Shown: positions 13,571 to 22,568 of the stretch, piece after piece
Position numbering within the stretch: position 1 is the first letter of the stretch
How the letters are laid out: every line of letters starts with the position of its first letter
Source of the DNA: a phage
Direction: 5' to 3' (one strand)
NCBI GenBank assembly: GCA_026110335.1
Contig: GCA_026110335.1_3055.1
DNA: 64,000 nucleotides
The notes under the pieces: generated by a model
Told to the model about the DNA's origin: nothing
What the model saw: only the letters and a program-made list of their open reading frames with translations
The model's database searches: none
Program-made: the position numbers and the translations under genes

Positions 13571-14479
13571 TTAAAGGTCATTCAAAAGGTCATCCAGGTC
13601 CGTGTCATCAGCACTAGATGAACTGCCAGAGCTTGAACTCATAAAATCATCTTCAGTTTTTGTATTGAAGTCATCAACATTGAATGCATCCAAATCATCA
13701 GCAACTTTATCAGCTTTCTTAGCGGCAGTTGCTGCGGCACCACCCATAGCAGCAGTTCCCATAACTTGACTGAACTTAGTGCTCAGTTCTTCAAATGATT
13801 TAAATTTATCTTTAGAAGTCATTTCAGAAAGGTCAACCATTTGTTCGAACAGTTCTTTCTGGAAAGATTCATCATCAATGTTTGGAATCGCAGATTGATT
13901 CAGGAATTTAGATTCGTCGTAGTTACTAAAACCAGAAACTTGTTTAACTTTCAGTACAAAGTTAGCACCTTCCCATGGACAAGTTACATCAACCGGAGTT
14001 TCACCCATTTCAACATCAACCGCAATCATTGCATTGATTTTATCCCAGATTTTCTTACCGAAACGGTATTTAAATACTTTACCTTCGTTTTCTGGAGCAG
14101 CTGGGTCTTTTACTACAAGAATGTTAGCCCAGTAAGAAGTTTTACGTTTAACAAGACTGTACTCTTTATTGTCAGTGTTATACAAATCATTTTTACTGAT
14201 GTACTGACATACTGGACAAGAATCGTAATCACCGTGGGTAGATGAACAGTTTTCAATATACCATTTACCATTTTTCTTGAAACCGTGATTTACAAGAATT
14301 GCGAATGGTGCTTGTTCATCATTTTTAGACGGAAGAAAACGAATTACTGCTTGACCGTTACCCGCATTGTCGAGTTTCAGTTTCCACTCGCCTTTATCTT
14401 CAGAAGAAAAACCACCTTTATTTCCAGCCAGTTTAGCCATTTGTGCAGCGAGTTCAGCAGTAGATTTACGTTTAAACAT
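13571..14479 (-). CDS. 32: single-stranded DNA-binding protein gp32
   Basis: 302 aa; [17 protein letters not shown]..., zinc-binding residues, acidic C-terminal tail; matches recalled T4 gp32. Confidence 0.95.
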   Translation of the reverse strand: MFKRKSTAELAAQMAKLAGNKGGFSSEDKGEWKLKLDNAGNGQAVIRFLPSKNDEQAPFAILVNHGFKKNGKWYIENCSSTHGDYDSCPVCQYISKNDLYNTDNKEYSLVKRKTSYWANILVVKDPAAPENEGKVFKYRFGKKIWDKINAMIAVDVEMGETPVDVTCPWEGANFVLKVKQVSGFSNYDESKFLNQSAIPNIDDESFQKELFEQMVDLSEMTSKDKFKSFEELSTKFSQVMGTAAMGGAAATAAKKADKVADDLDAFNVDDFNTKTEDDFMSSSSGSSSSADDTDLDDLLNDL

Positions 14480-14513
14480 TTTTATTTCCTTTTTAATTTA
14501 ATTAACAGTTGGT

Positions 14514-14545
14514 GCTATGACGATGTATGACCTCATAGCTGGTCA
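14514..14545 (-). promoter_or_regulatory. gene 32 autoregulatory translational operator (mRNA pseudoknot)
   Basis: Transcribed strand reads TGACCAGCTATGAGGTCATACATCGTCATAGC, matching the recalled T4 gene 32 leader pseudoknot, followed by A/U-rich leader before ATG. Confidence 0.7.
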
Positions 14546-14562
14546 GTGAGATAATTATAATC

Positions 14563-14570
14563 TATTTATA
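14563..14570 (-). promoter_or_regulatory. late promoter (TATAAATA) upstream of gene 32
   Basis: Exact TATAAATA on minus strand. Confidence 0.5.
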
Positions 14571-14578
14571 ATAAGCAA

Positions 14579-15232
14579 TTAATACTTGCAGGATTTCACA
14601 GTTTCAATGAAAACACTTTTGGCTTTCTGTGAATCAATATTTAAAATTTTTCTATAAGCCTTTAACTTTATAGAATAATTATTCCAGACTAAATTATCAG
14701 TCTGTTCATCATGTTTATCAATTATATTTAAAAACGAATCAAGCAAGATAAACGTCTCAAACGAAATTATATTCGATTGAAGCAGTTTAAAAATATAACT
14801 TGATTGAACTTTTGGATTATACTCAAAGATTTCTTTAAAAGCAGAAACTTCAACTTTTTTACTAAAATAATAAATGTTGCGAATATCTTCTTCAAACTTA
14901 AATTTAATTTGCTTTAAGCGTCCGATATATTCACGATAAAACACAAGTGCATCAGCGTCAGAGATGTCACCAATCCAAGCATCCTGGTTAGCAACCAGAT
15001 TGCTTATAAAGATTAAAGCAAGTTCCTTTAATTTATATTTTTCTGATAACTTCTGGAAAAAATACTTATCCCTTCGCTTTTGATAAGCGGCATCAGACAC
15101 CCGCATGCACCAATTATACTTAATTACATCATACTTTCCATTCATATGTTGTTTTATCATTAAGTATAATTTATAAACTGATTTACCATCAATATATCTT
15201 TCACCACCAGCAGGCATGCGGAGTTTAATCAT
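14579..15232 (-). CDS. 59: gp59 helicase loader
   Basis: 217 aa; position between 33 and 32; length and sequence consistent with T4 gp59. Confidence 0.85.
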   Translation of the reverse strand: MIKLRMPAGGERYIDGKSVYKLYLMIKQHMNGKYDVIKYNWCMRVSDAAYQKRRDKYFFQKLSEKYKLKELALIFISNLVANQDAWIGDISDADALVFYREYIGRLKQIKFKFEEDIRNIYYFSKKVEVSAFKEIFEYNPKVQSSYIFKLLQSNIISFETFILLDSFLNIIDKHDEQTDNLVWNNYSIKLKAYRKILNIDSQKAKSVFIETVKSCKY

Positions 15233-15567
15233 AGTAGAAAATCTAATGTATTAGTTTTTTCACAACGAACAACAGAAGGACGTAAAAGATTTTCGTCAAT
15301 AGCTTCTGACTGAATTTTTTCAATTATACCCGAAGGAATAAATTTAGCAAATTGAGTTTCAGGAATAGAATTTTCTTCCAAGAATGCTGTTGTAGCTTCA
15401 AGATAACTCATTCCAAACTCTTCTACCATTTTTTCAATAATAAATCCATTTTCTTGACGATCAAGAAGCTTTGCTATTTCATCCTTTTCTTTCTTAATTG
15501 AAAGTTCTTTTTCTGAAAGACCGGTCTCATCGACCGGACGAATATCATTTAGAGAAAACTGTGTCAT
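15229..15567 (-). CDS. 33: gp33 late transcription co-activator
   Basis: 112 aa from MTQFSLNDIRPV; matches recalled T4 gp33. Confidence 0.85.
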   Translation of the reverse strand: MTQFSLNDIRPVDETGLSEKELSIKKEKDEIAKLLDRQENGFIIEKMVEEFGMSYLEATTAFLEENSIPETQFAKFIPSGIIEKIQSEAIDENLLRPSVVRCEKTNTLDFLL

Positions 15568-15814
15568 AAAGTTCAACTACCTCTTCAGTTTCAGCTTCAA
15601 ACACATCACGATTATCTTTATGATACAAAGCTAACAGACGATTAAACATCTTACCATCAACGCCAAGTTCATCTTTGGCACGAATTCGAATATCTTTAAT
15701 CAATTCATTATAACCGGAAATTTTCAGTTTATGATCAGATGCTTCTTTAATAAATTTAGCTAAGTCTTCGCCGTGGATAGCTTCATCAAATTCAACCATT
15801 TCTTTTTTAGCCAT
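15545..15814 (-). CDS. dsbA: DsbA double-stranded DNA-binding protein
   Basis: 89 aa; position between rnh and 33. Confidence 0.75.
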   Translation of the reverse strand: MAKKEMVEFDEAIHGEDLAKFIKEASDHKLKISGYNELIKDIRIRAKDELGVDGKMFNRLLALYHKDNRDVFEAETEEVVELYDTVFSK

Positions 15815-15822
15815 TATTCACC

Positions 15823-16740
15823 TCAAAATTCATTAATGCTATTAGTTAATTTAGAAAGACCCGCTTTTACAAAATATGAATAAATTTTGCCACGCGGTGG
15901 TAATTTATATGAATTATAGTAATTCACAATGTTTGAAGCAATATTATCAGGAATATAATCAAAATCAATTAGAACTAAATTTTCTTTGTATCGATTATAT
16001 TCAGATTCGGTAAGAAGCACCTTAGCTTGCTCACGGTCATTAGCAATAGCTTCAACGATTGAAGTTTTCATTGAAGGAGTTCGTTCACCTTCAACTCTGG
16101 TAAACCAAAAGTCAGACCGTACTTTAACTGAAGCAACGTTATCCTTTTTGTCGCCTTTAAGGATTTTAGTCATACAGTCAATTTCAGCAGAACCACTTTT
16201 AATTTTAACCCATTTCTTGTGCATCGGTGACCATTGCTTAACATTTGGATATTTGTGAAGTTGAGTAAAGTCACCATCCGATGAAATGATTAAAACCTTA
16301 TGTCCTTCTAAAGAGAACTTTTTAACCAAAACAGCAATATGATCATCTGCTTCATACTTATCAATATCCATAACAATGTATGGCATATAAGCTTTCAATT
16401 CATCTATAACTTTATGGCTGGATTCAAAATAACCTTCCCAGTCCCAAGTAGATTCTTCTCGTGCTTTTCCACGGTTTTTCTTATAATAATAAGCAAAATC
16501 ACGACGCCAGTATCCAGATTTCGCGTTATCAATACACAGTACAATTTTAGTGTATCCAAGCGTTTTTGCTTTTTTGACATTAAACTTAATTGAGTTCAAT
16601 ATCAAATGACGAACCATTGATAAGTTAATTTTTTCTTTATCTGGGAAGTTTACTAAAGCAGTTGAAAGCGCAATCTGACTAAAGTCAATTAAGCAAATTC
16701 CTTCTTTGTAATCTTCATCCAGCATCATTTCTAAATCCAT
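15823..16740 (-). CDS. rnh: RNase H (5'-3' exonuclease / flap endonuclease)
   Basis: 305 aa from MDLEMML; FEN-family acidic residues; matches recalled T4 RNase H. Confidence 0.9.
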   Translation of the reverse strand: MDLEMMLDEDYKEGICLIDFSQIALSTALVNFPDKEKINLSMVRHLILNSIKFNVKKAKTLGYTKIVLCIDNAKSGYWRRDFAYYYKKNRGKAREESTWDWEGYFESSHKVIDELKAYMPYIVMDIDKYEADDHIAVLVKKFSLEGHKVLIISSDGDFTQLHKYPNVKQWSPMHKKWVKIKSGSAEIDCMTKILKGDKKDNVASVKVRSDFWFTRVEGERTPSMKTSIVEAIANDREQAKVLLTESEYNRYKENLVLIDFDYIPDNIASNIVNYYNSYKLPPRGKIYSYFVKAGLSKLTNSINEF

Positions 16741-16802
16741 ATGAACCTCGTTCAATTAGTGAGATTTTTATTATATACCATCCAAATCTTAAAGTAAACA
16801 AG

Positions 16803-16810
16803 TATAAATA
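16803..16810 (+). promoter_or_regulatory. late promoter (TATAAATA) for gene 34
   Basis: Exact TATAAATA about 35 nt upstream of gene 34 ATG. Confidence 0.6.
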
Positions 16811-16844
16811 CTTATTATTGAAAACACAATAGGAGCCCGGGAGA

Positions 16845-19800
16845 ATGGCCGAGATTAAAAGAAAGTTCAGAGCAGAAGATGGTCTGGACGCAGGTGGTGA
16901 TAAAATAATCAACGTAGCTTTAGCTGATCGTACCGTAGGAACTGACGGTGTTAACGTTGATTACTTAATTCAAGAAAACACAGTTCAACAATATGATCCA
17001 ACTCGTGGATATTTAAAAGATTTTGTAATCATTTATGATAACCGCTTTTGGGCTGCTATAAATGATATTCCAAAACCAGCAGGAGCTTTTAATAGCGTAC
17101 GATGGAGAGCGTTACGTACCGATGCAAACTGGACAACTGTTTCATCAGGACCTTATCAATTAAAGTCAGGTGAATCAATTTCAGTTGATACTGCAGCTGG
17201 TAATGACATTACATTTACTTTACCATCTACCCCAATTGACGGTGATACTATCGTTCTCCAAGACATTGGAGGAAAACCTGGAGTTAACCAAGTTTTAATT
17301 ACAGCTCCAGTACAAAGCATTGTAAATTTTAGAGGTCAGCAAGTACGTTCAGTACTAATGACTCATCCAAAATCACAGATAGTTTTAATTTTTAGTAATC
17401 GTCTGTGGCAAATGTATGTCGCTGATTATAGTAGAGAAGCTGTAGTTGTAACGCCTGCGAGTCTCTATCAGGCGCAATCAAACGATTTTATCGTACGTAG
17501 ATTTACTTCTGCTGCACCAATTAATGTTAAACTTCCAAGATTTGCTAATCATGGCGATATTATTAATTTCGTCGATTTAGATAAACTAAATCCGCTTTAT
17601 CATACAATTGTTACTACATACGATGAAACGACTTCAATACAAGAAGTTGGAACTCATTCCATTGAAGGCCGTACAACGATTGACGGTTTCTTGATGTTTG
17701 ATGATAATGAGAAATTGTGGAGATTGTTTGACGGGGATAATAAAGCGCGTTTACGTATTATAACAACTAATTCCAATATTCGTCCAAATGAAGAAGTTAT
17801 GGTATTTGGTGCGAATAACGGAACAGCTCAGACAATTGAACTTCAGCTTCCGACTGATATTTCTGTTGGTGATACTGTTAAAATTTCCATGAATTACATG
17901 AGAAAAGGACAAACAGTTAAAATCAAAGCTGCCGGTGAAGATAAAATTGCTTCTTCAGTTCAATTGCTGCAATTCCCAAAACGTTCAGAATATCCGCCTG
18001 AAACTAAATGGGTGACTGTTCAAGAATTAGTTTTTAACGGTGAAACTAATTATGTTCCAGTTTTGGAGCTTGCTTATATAGAAGATTCTGATGGAAAATA
18101 CTGGGTTGTACAACAAAACGTTCCAACCGTAGAAAGAGTAGATTCTTTAAATGATTCTACTAGAGCAAGATTAGGCGTAATTGCTTTAGCTACACAAGCT
18201 CAAGCTAATGTCGATTTAGAAAATTCTCCACAAAAAGAATTAGCAATTACTCCAGAAACGTTAGCTAATCGTACTGCTACTGAAACTCGTAGAGGTATCG
18301 CAAGAATAGCAACTACTGCTCAAGTTAACCAGGATACTACATTCTCTTTTGCTGATGATATTATCATCACTCCTAAAAAGCTGAATGAAAGAACAGCTAC
18401 TGAAACTCGCAGAGGTGTTGCTGAAATTGCTACGCAGCAAGAAACTAATGCAGGTACTGATGATACTACAATCATTACTCCTAAAAAGCTTCAAGCTCGT
18501 CAAGGTTCTGAATCATTATCTGGTATTGTAACTTTTGTATCTACTGCAGGTGCTACTCCAGCTTCTAGCCGTGAATTAAATGGTACGAATGTTTACAATA
18601 AAAACACTAATAATTTAGTTGTTTCGCCTAAAGCTTTGGATCAGTATAAAGCTACTCCAACACAGCAAGGTGCAGTAATTTTAGCAGTTGAAAGTGAAGT
18701 AATTGCTGGACAAAGTCAGCAAGGATGGGCAAATGCTGTTGTAACGCCAGAAACGTTACATAAAAAGACATCAACTGATGCAAGAATTGGTTTAATTGAA
18801 ATTGCTACGCAAAGTGAAGTTAATACAGGAACTGATTATACACGTGCAGTCACTCCTAAAACTTTAAATGACCGTAGAGCAACTGAAAGTTTAAGTGGTA
18901 TAGCTGAAATTGCTACACAAGTTGAATTCGACGCAGGCGTCGACGATACTCGTATCTCTACACCATTAAAAATTAAAACCAGATTTAATAGTACTGATCG
19001 TACTTCTGTTGTTGCTCTATCTGGATTAGTTGAATCAGGAACTCTCTGGGACCATTATACACTTAATATTCTTGAAGCAAATGAGACACAGCGTGGTACA
19101 CTTCGTGTAGCTACACAGGTCGAAGCTGCTGCAGGAACATTAGATAATGTTTTAATAACTCCTAAAAAGCTTTTAGGTACTAAATCTACTGAAGCACAAG
19201 AAGGTGTTATTAAAGTTGCAACTCAGTCTGAAACTGTGACTGGAACATCAGCAAATACTGCTGTATCTCCAAAAAATTTAAAATGGATTGTGCAGAGTGA
19301 ACCTACTTGGGCAGCAACTACTCTGATAAGAGGTTTTGTTAAAACTTCGTCTGGTTCAATTACATTCGTTGGTAATGATACAGCCGGTTCTACCCAAGAT
19401 TTAGAACTGTATGAGAAAAATAACTATGCAGTATCACCATATGAATTAAACCGTGTATTAGCAAATTATTTGCCGTTAAAAGCAAAAGCTGCTGACGCAA
19501 ATTTATTAGATGGCCTAGATTCATCTCAGTTCATTCGTAGGGACATTGCACAGACGGTTAATGGTTCACTAACCTTAACCCAACAAACGAATCTGAGTGC
19601 CCCTCTTGTATCATCTAGTACTGCTACGTTTGGTGGTTCAGTTTCGGCAAATAGTGTACTAACTATTTCTAATACTGGAACGGCAACTCGTCTGATTTTT
19701 GAGAAAGGACCTCAAACTGGAACGAACCCGGCTCAAACGATGACAGTCAGCGTGTGGGGGAATCAATTTAGTGGGGAATCAAACACAACACGTTCTACCG

Positions 19801-20717
19801 TATTTGAAGTTGGTGATGAAACATCTTATCACTTTTATTCTCAACGTAATAAAGAAGACGGGAATATAGCGTTTAGCATTAATGGTACTGTAATGCCAAT
19901 AAACATTAATGCTTCCGGCTTGATGAATGTTAATGGCGTTGCAACATTTGGTCGTTCAGTTACAGCCAATGGTGAATTCATTAGCAAGTCTGCAAATGCA
20001 TTTAGAGCAATTAGTGGTGATTACGGATTCTTTATTCGTAATGATGCTGCTAATACCTATTTTATGCTCACCGCAGCTGGTGATCAGACCGGTGGATTTA
20101 ATGGATTACGTCCTTTAGCTATTAATAATGCATCCGGCCAAGTAACGATTGGTGAAAGCTTAATCATTGCCAAAGGTGCTACTATAAATTCAGGCGGTTT
20201 AACTGTTAACTCGAGAATTCGTTCCCAGGGTTCTAAAACTGCTGATTTATACACTCGTGCTCCTACTGCTGATACAGTCGGATTCTGGTCAATCGATATT
20301 AACGATTCAGCCACTTATAACCAGTTCCCGGGTTATTTTAAAATGGTTGAAAAAACTAATGAAGTGACTGGACTTCCATACTTAGAACGTGGTGAAGAGG
20401 TTAAATCTCCTGGTACACTGACTCAGTTTGGTAACACACTTGATTCGCTTTACCAAGATTGGATTACTTATCCAACAACACCAGAAGCGCGTACCACTCG
20501 TTGGACTCGCACATGGCAGAAAACCAAAAACTCTTGGTCAAGTTTTGTTCAGGTATTTGATGGAGGTAACCCTCCTCAACCGTCTGATATTGGTGCTTTA
20601 CCATCTGATAATGCTATAATGGGTAATCTTACTATTCGTGATTTCTTACGAATTGGTAATGTTCGCATTGTTCCTGACCCAGTGAATAAAACGGTTAAAT
20701 TTGAATGGGTTGAATAA
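16845..20717 (+). CDS. 34: long tail fibre proximal subunit gp34
   Basis: 1290 aa; repetitive fibre motifs (ATETRRG..., ITPKKL...); 34-35-36-37 synteny. Confidence 0.93.
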   Translation: MAEIKRKFRAEDGLDAGGDKIINVALADRTVGTDGVNVDYLIQENTVQQYDPTRGYLKDFVIIYDNRFWAAINDIPKPAGAFNSVRWRALRTDANWTTVSSGPYQLKSGESISVDTAAGNDITFTLPSTPIDGDTIVLQDIGGKPGVNQVLITAPVQSIVNFRGQQVRSVLMTHPKSQIVLIFSNRLWQMYVADYSREAVVVTPASLYQAQSNDFIVRRFTSAAPINVKLPRFANHGDIINFVDLDKLNPLYHTIVTTYDETTSIQEVGTHSIEGRTTIDGFLMFDDNEKLWRLFDGDNKARLRIITTNSNIRPNEEVMVFGANNGTAQTIELQLPTDISVGDTVKISMNYMRKGQTVKIKAAGEDKIASSVQLLQFPKRSEYPPETKWVTVQELVFNGETNYVPVLELAYIEDSDGKYWVVQQNVPTVERVDSLNDSTRARLGVIALATQAQANVDLENSPQKELAITPETLANRTATETRRGIARIATTAQVNQDTTFSFADDIIITPKKLNERTATETRRGVAEIATQQETNAGTDDTTIITPKKLQARQGSESLSGIVTFVSTAGATPASSRELNGTNVYNKNTNNLVVSPKALDQYKATPTQQGAVILAVESEVIAGQSQQGWANAVVTPETLHKKTSTDARIGLIEIATQSEVNTGTDYTRAVTPKTLNDRRATESLSGIAEIATQVEFDAGVDDTRISTPLKIKTRFNSTDRTSVVALSGLVESGTLWDHYTLNILEANETQRGTLRVATQVEAAAGTLDNVLITPKKLLGTKSTEAQEGVIKVATQSETVTGTSANTAVSPKNLKWIVQSEPTWAATTLIRGFVKTSSGSITFVGNDTAGSTQDLELYEKNNYAVSPYELNRVLANYLPLKAKAADANLLDGLDSSQFIRRDIAQTVNGSLTLTQQTNLSAPLVSSSTATFGGSVSANSVLTISNTGTATRLIFEKGPQTGTNPAQTMTVSVWGNQFSGESNTTRSTVFEVGDETSYHFYSQRNKEDGNIAFSINGTVMPININASGLMNVNGVATFGRSVTANGEFISKSANAFRAISGDYGFFIRNDAANTYFMLTAAGDQTGGFNGLRPLAINNASGQVTIGESLIIAKGATINSGGLTVNSRIRSQGSKTADLYTRAPTADTVGFWSIDINDSATYNQFPGYFKMVEKTNEVTGLPYLERGEEVKSPGTLTQFGNTLDSLYQDWITYPTTPEARTTRWTRTWQKTKNSWSSFVQVFDGGNPPQPSDIGALPSDNAIMGNLTIRDFLRIGNVRIVPDPVNKTVKFEWVE

Positions 20718-20725
20718 GAGGTATT

Positions 20726-21841
20726 ATGGAAAAATTTATGGCAAAGTTTGGACAAGGATATGTCCAAACGCCATTTTTATCGGAAAGTAATTCAGTAAGA
20801 TATAAAATAAGTATAGCGGGTTCTTGCCCGCTTTCTATAGCAGGACCATATGTCAAATTTCAGGATAATCCTATCGGAAGTCAAACATTTAACACAGGTC
20901 TTCATTTAAGAGTTTTTGACCCTTCTACGGGAGCATTAGTTGATAGTAAGTCATATGCTTTTTCGACTTCAAATGATACTACATCAGCTGCTTTTGTTAG
21001 TTTCATGAATTCTTTTTCAAACAACAGACTTGTTGCTATATTAACAAGTGGAAAGGTTAATTTTCCTCCTGAAGTAGTATCTTGGTTAAGAACAGCAGGA
21101 ACGTCTGCTTTTCCATCTGACTCTGTATTGTCAAGATTTGATGTATCATATGCTGCTTTTTACACTTCTTCTAAAAGAGCTATTGCATTAGAACATGTTA
21201 AACTGAGTAATAGAAAAAGCACAGATGATTATCAAACTATTTTAGATGTTGTATTTGACAGTTTAGAAGATGTTGGAGCTACCGGGTTTCCAAGAAGAAC
21301 GTATGAAAGTGTTGAGCAATTTATGTCAGCGGTTGGTGGAACTAATAACGAAATTGCACGTTTACCAACTTCATCCGCGATAAGTAAACTCTCTGATTAT
21401 AATTTAATTCCTGGCGATGTTCTTTATCTTAAAGCACAGCTATATGCTGATGCCGATTTACTTGCGCTTGGAACTACAAATATATCTATCCGTTTTTATG
21501 ATGAATCGAATGGATATATTTCTTCAACACATGCTGAGTTTACTGGACAAGCTGAGTCATGGGAATTAAAGGAAGATTATGTAGTTATTCCAGAAAATGC
21601 AGTAGGATTTACGATATATGCACAAAGAACTGCACAAGCAGGTCAAGGTGGCATGAGGAATTTAAGTTTTTCTGAAGTATCAAGAAATGGCGGAATTTCA
21701 AAACCTGCTGAATTTGGCGTCAATGGTATTCGCGTTAATTATGTCTGTGAATCTGCTTCACCTCCGGATATAATGGTACTTCCTACACAAGCATCGTCTA
21801 AAACTGGTAAAGTGTTTGGACAAGAATTTAGAGAAGTTTAA
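20726..21841 (+). CDS. 35: long tail fibre hinge protein gp35
   Basis: 371 aa; position and size. Confidence 0.85.
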   Translation: MEKFMAKFGQGYVQTPFLSESNSVRYKISIAGSCPLSIAGPYVKFQDNPIGSQTFNTGLHLRVFDPSTGALVDSKSYAFSTSNDTTSAAFVSFMNSFSNNRLVAILTSGKVNFPPEVVSWLRTAGTSAFPSDSVLSRFDVSYAAFYTSSKRAIALEHVKLSNRKSTDDYQTILDVVFDSLEDVGATGFPRRTYESVEQFMSAVGGTNNEIARLPTSSAISKLSDYNLIPGDVLYLKAQLYADADLLALGTTNISIRFYDESNGYISSTHAEFTGQAESWELKEDYVVIPENAVGFTIYAQRTAQAGQGGMRNLSFSEVSRNGGISKPAEFGVNGIRVNYVCESASPPDIMVLPTQASSKTGKVFGQEFREV

Positions 21842-21845
21842 ATTG

Positions 21846-21870
21846 AGGGAGCCTTCGGGTTCCCTTTTTC
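21846..21870 (+). terminator. intrinsic terminator after gene 35
   Basis: GGGAGCC-ttcg-GGTTCCC hairpin followed by TTTTTCTTT. Confidence 0.55.
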
Positions 21871-21872
21871 TT

Positions 21873-21880
21873 TATAAATA
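21873..21880 (+). promoter_or_regulatory. late promoter (TATAAATA) for genes 36-37
   Basis: Exact TATAAATA upstream of gene 36. Confidence 0.6.
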
Positions 21881-21903
21881 CTATTAAAATAAAGGGGCAT
21901 ACA

Positions 21904-22560
21904 ATGGCTGATTTAAAAGTAGGTTCAACAACTGGAGGCTCTGTCATTTGGCATCAAGGAAATTTTCCATTGAATCCAGCCGGTGACGATGTACTCTATA
22001 AATCATTTAAAATATATTCAGAATACAATAAACCGCAAGCTGCTGATAACGATTTTGTTTCTAAAGCTAATGGTGGTACTTATTTAAATAAAGTAATTTT
22101 TAATAAAGGAATGACTGTTCCTGGCGCAGGGTCAGGCGATAACGGTATTTTTGCTGGTCCTGGTGATAGTGCCACGTATGATACTACAAATATGGATATT
22201 GTTTCGTGGTATGGTATTGGTTTTAAATCATCACAAGGAACAGCAGGTAGAACTGTAGTAATTAACACACGAAATGGAGATATTAGCTCAAAGGGCGTAA
22301 TTGAAGCATCACAAATCCGTGTAACTTCGTTATCACCAGTAAATAATTATGACCTTACGCGGAAAGATTATGTTGATGGAGCAATAAATATTGTTACAGC
22401 AAACGCAAACTCTAGGGTATTACGCTCTGGAGATACTATGACAGGAAATTTAACTGCGCCAAACCTTTTTTCACAGAATCCTGCATCTCAACCCTCGCAT
22501 GTTCCACGATTTGATCAAATTGTTATTAAGGATTCTGTTCAAGATTTCGGCTATTATTAA
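21904..22560 (+). CDS. 36: long tail fibre distal connector gp36
   Basis: 218 aa; position and size. Confidence 0.85.
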   Translation: MADLKVGSTTGGSVIWHQGNFPLNPAGDDVLYKSFKIYSEYNKPQAADNDFVSKANGGTYLNKVIFNKGMTVPGAGSGDNGIFAGPGDSATYDTTNMDIVSWYGIGFKSSQGTAGRTVVINTRNGDISSKGVIEASQIRVTSLSPVNNYDLTRKDYVDGAINIVTANANSRVLRSGDTMTGNLTAPNLFSQNPASQPSHVPRFDQIVIKDSVQDFGYY

Positions 22561-22568
22561 GAGGACTT

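Noticed and set aside
16715-16912. Minus-strand ORF (65 aa) overlapping the start of gene 34 and the rnh-34 intergenic region
   Set aside because: Overlaps the late promoter and start of gene 34 on the opposite strand; rnh ends upstream; no RBS; likely spurious.
18261-18503. Minus-strand ORFs inside tail fibre genes 34 and 37 (also 20084..20314, 22080..22268, 23741..23935, 24530..25223, 26473..26655)
   Set aside because: Embedded antisense in long, confidently identified structural genes; low-complexity translations; no independent expression signals.
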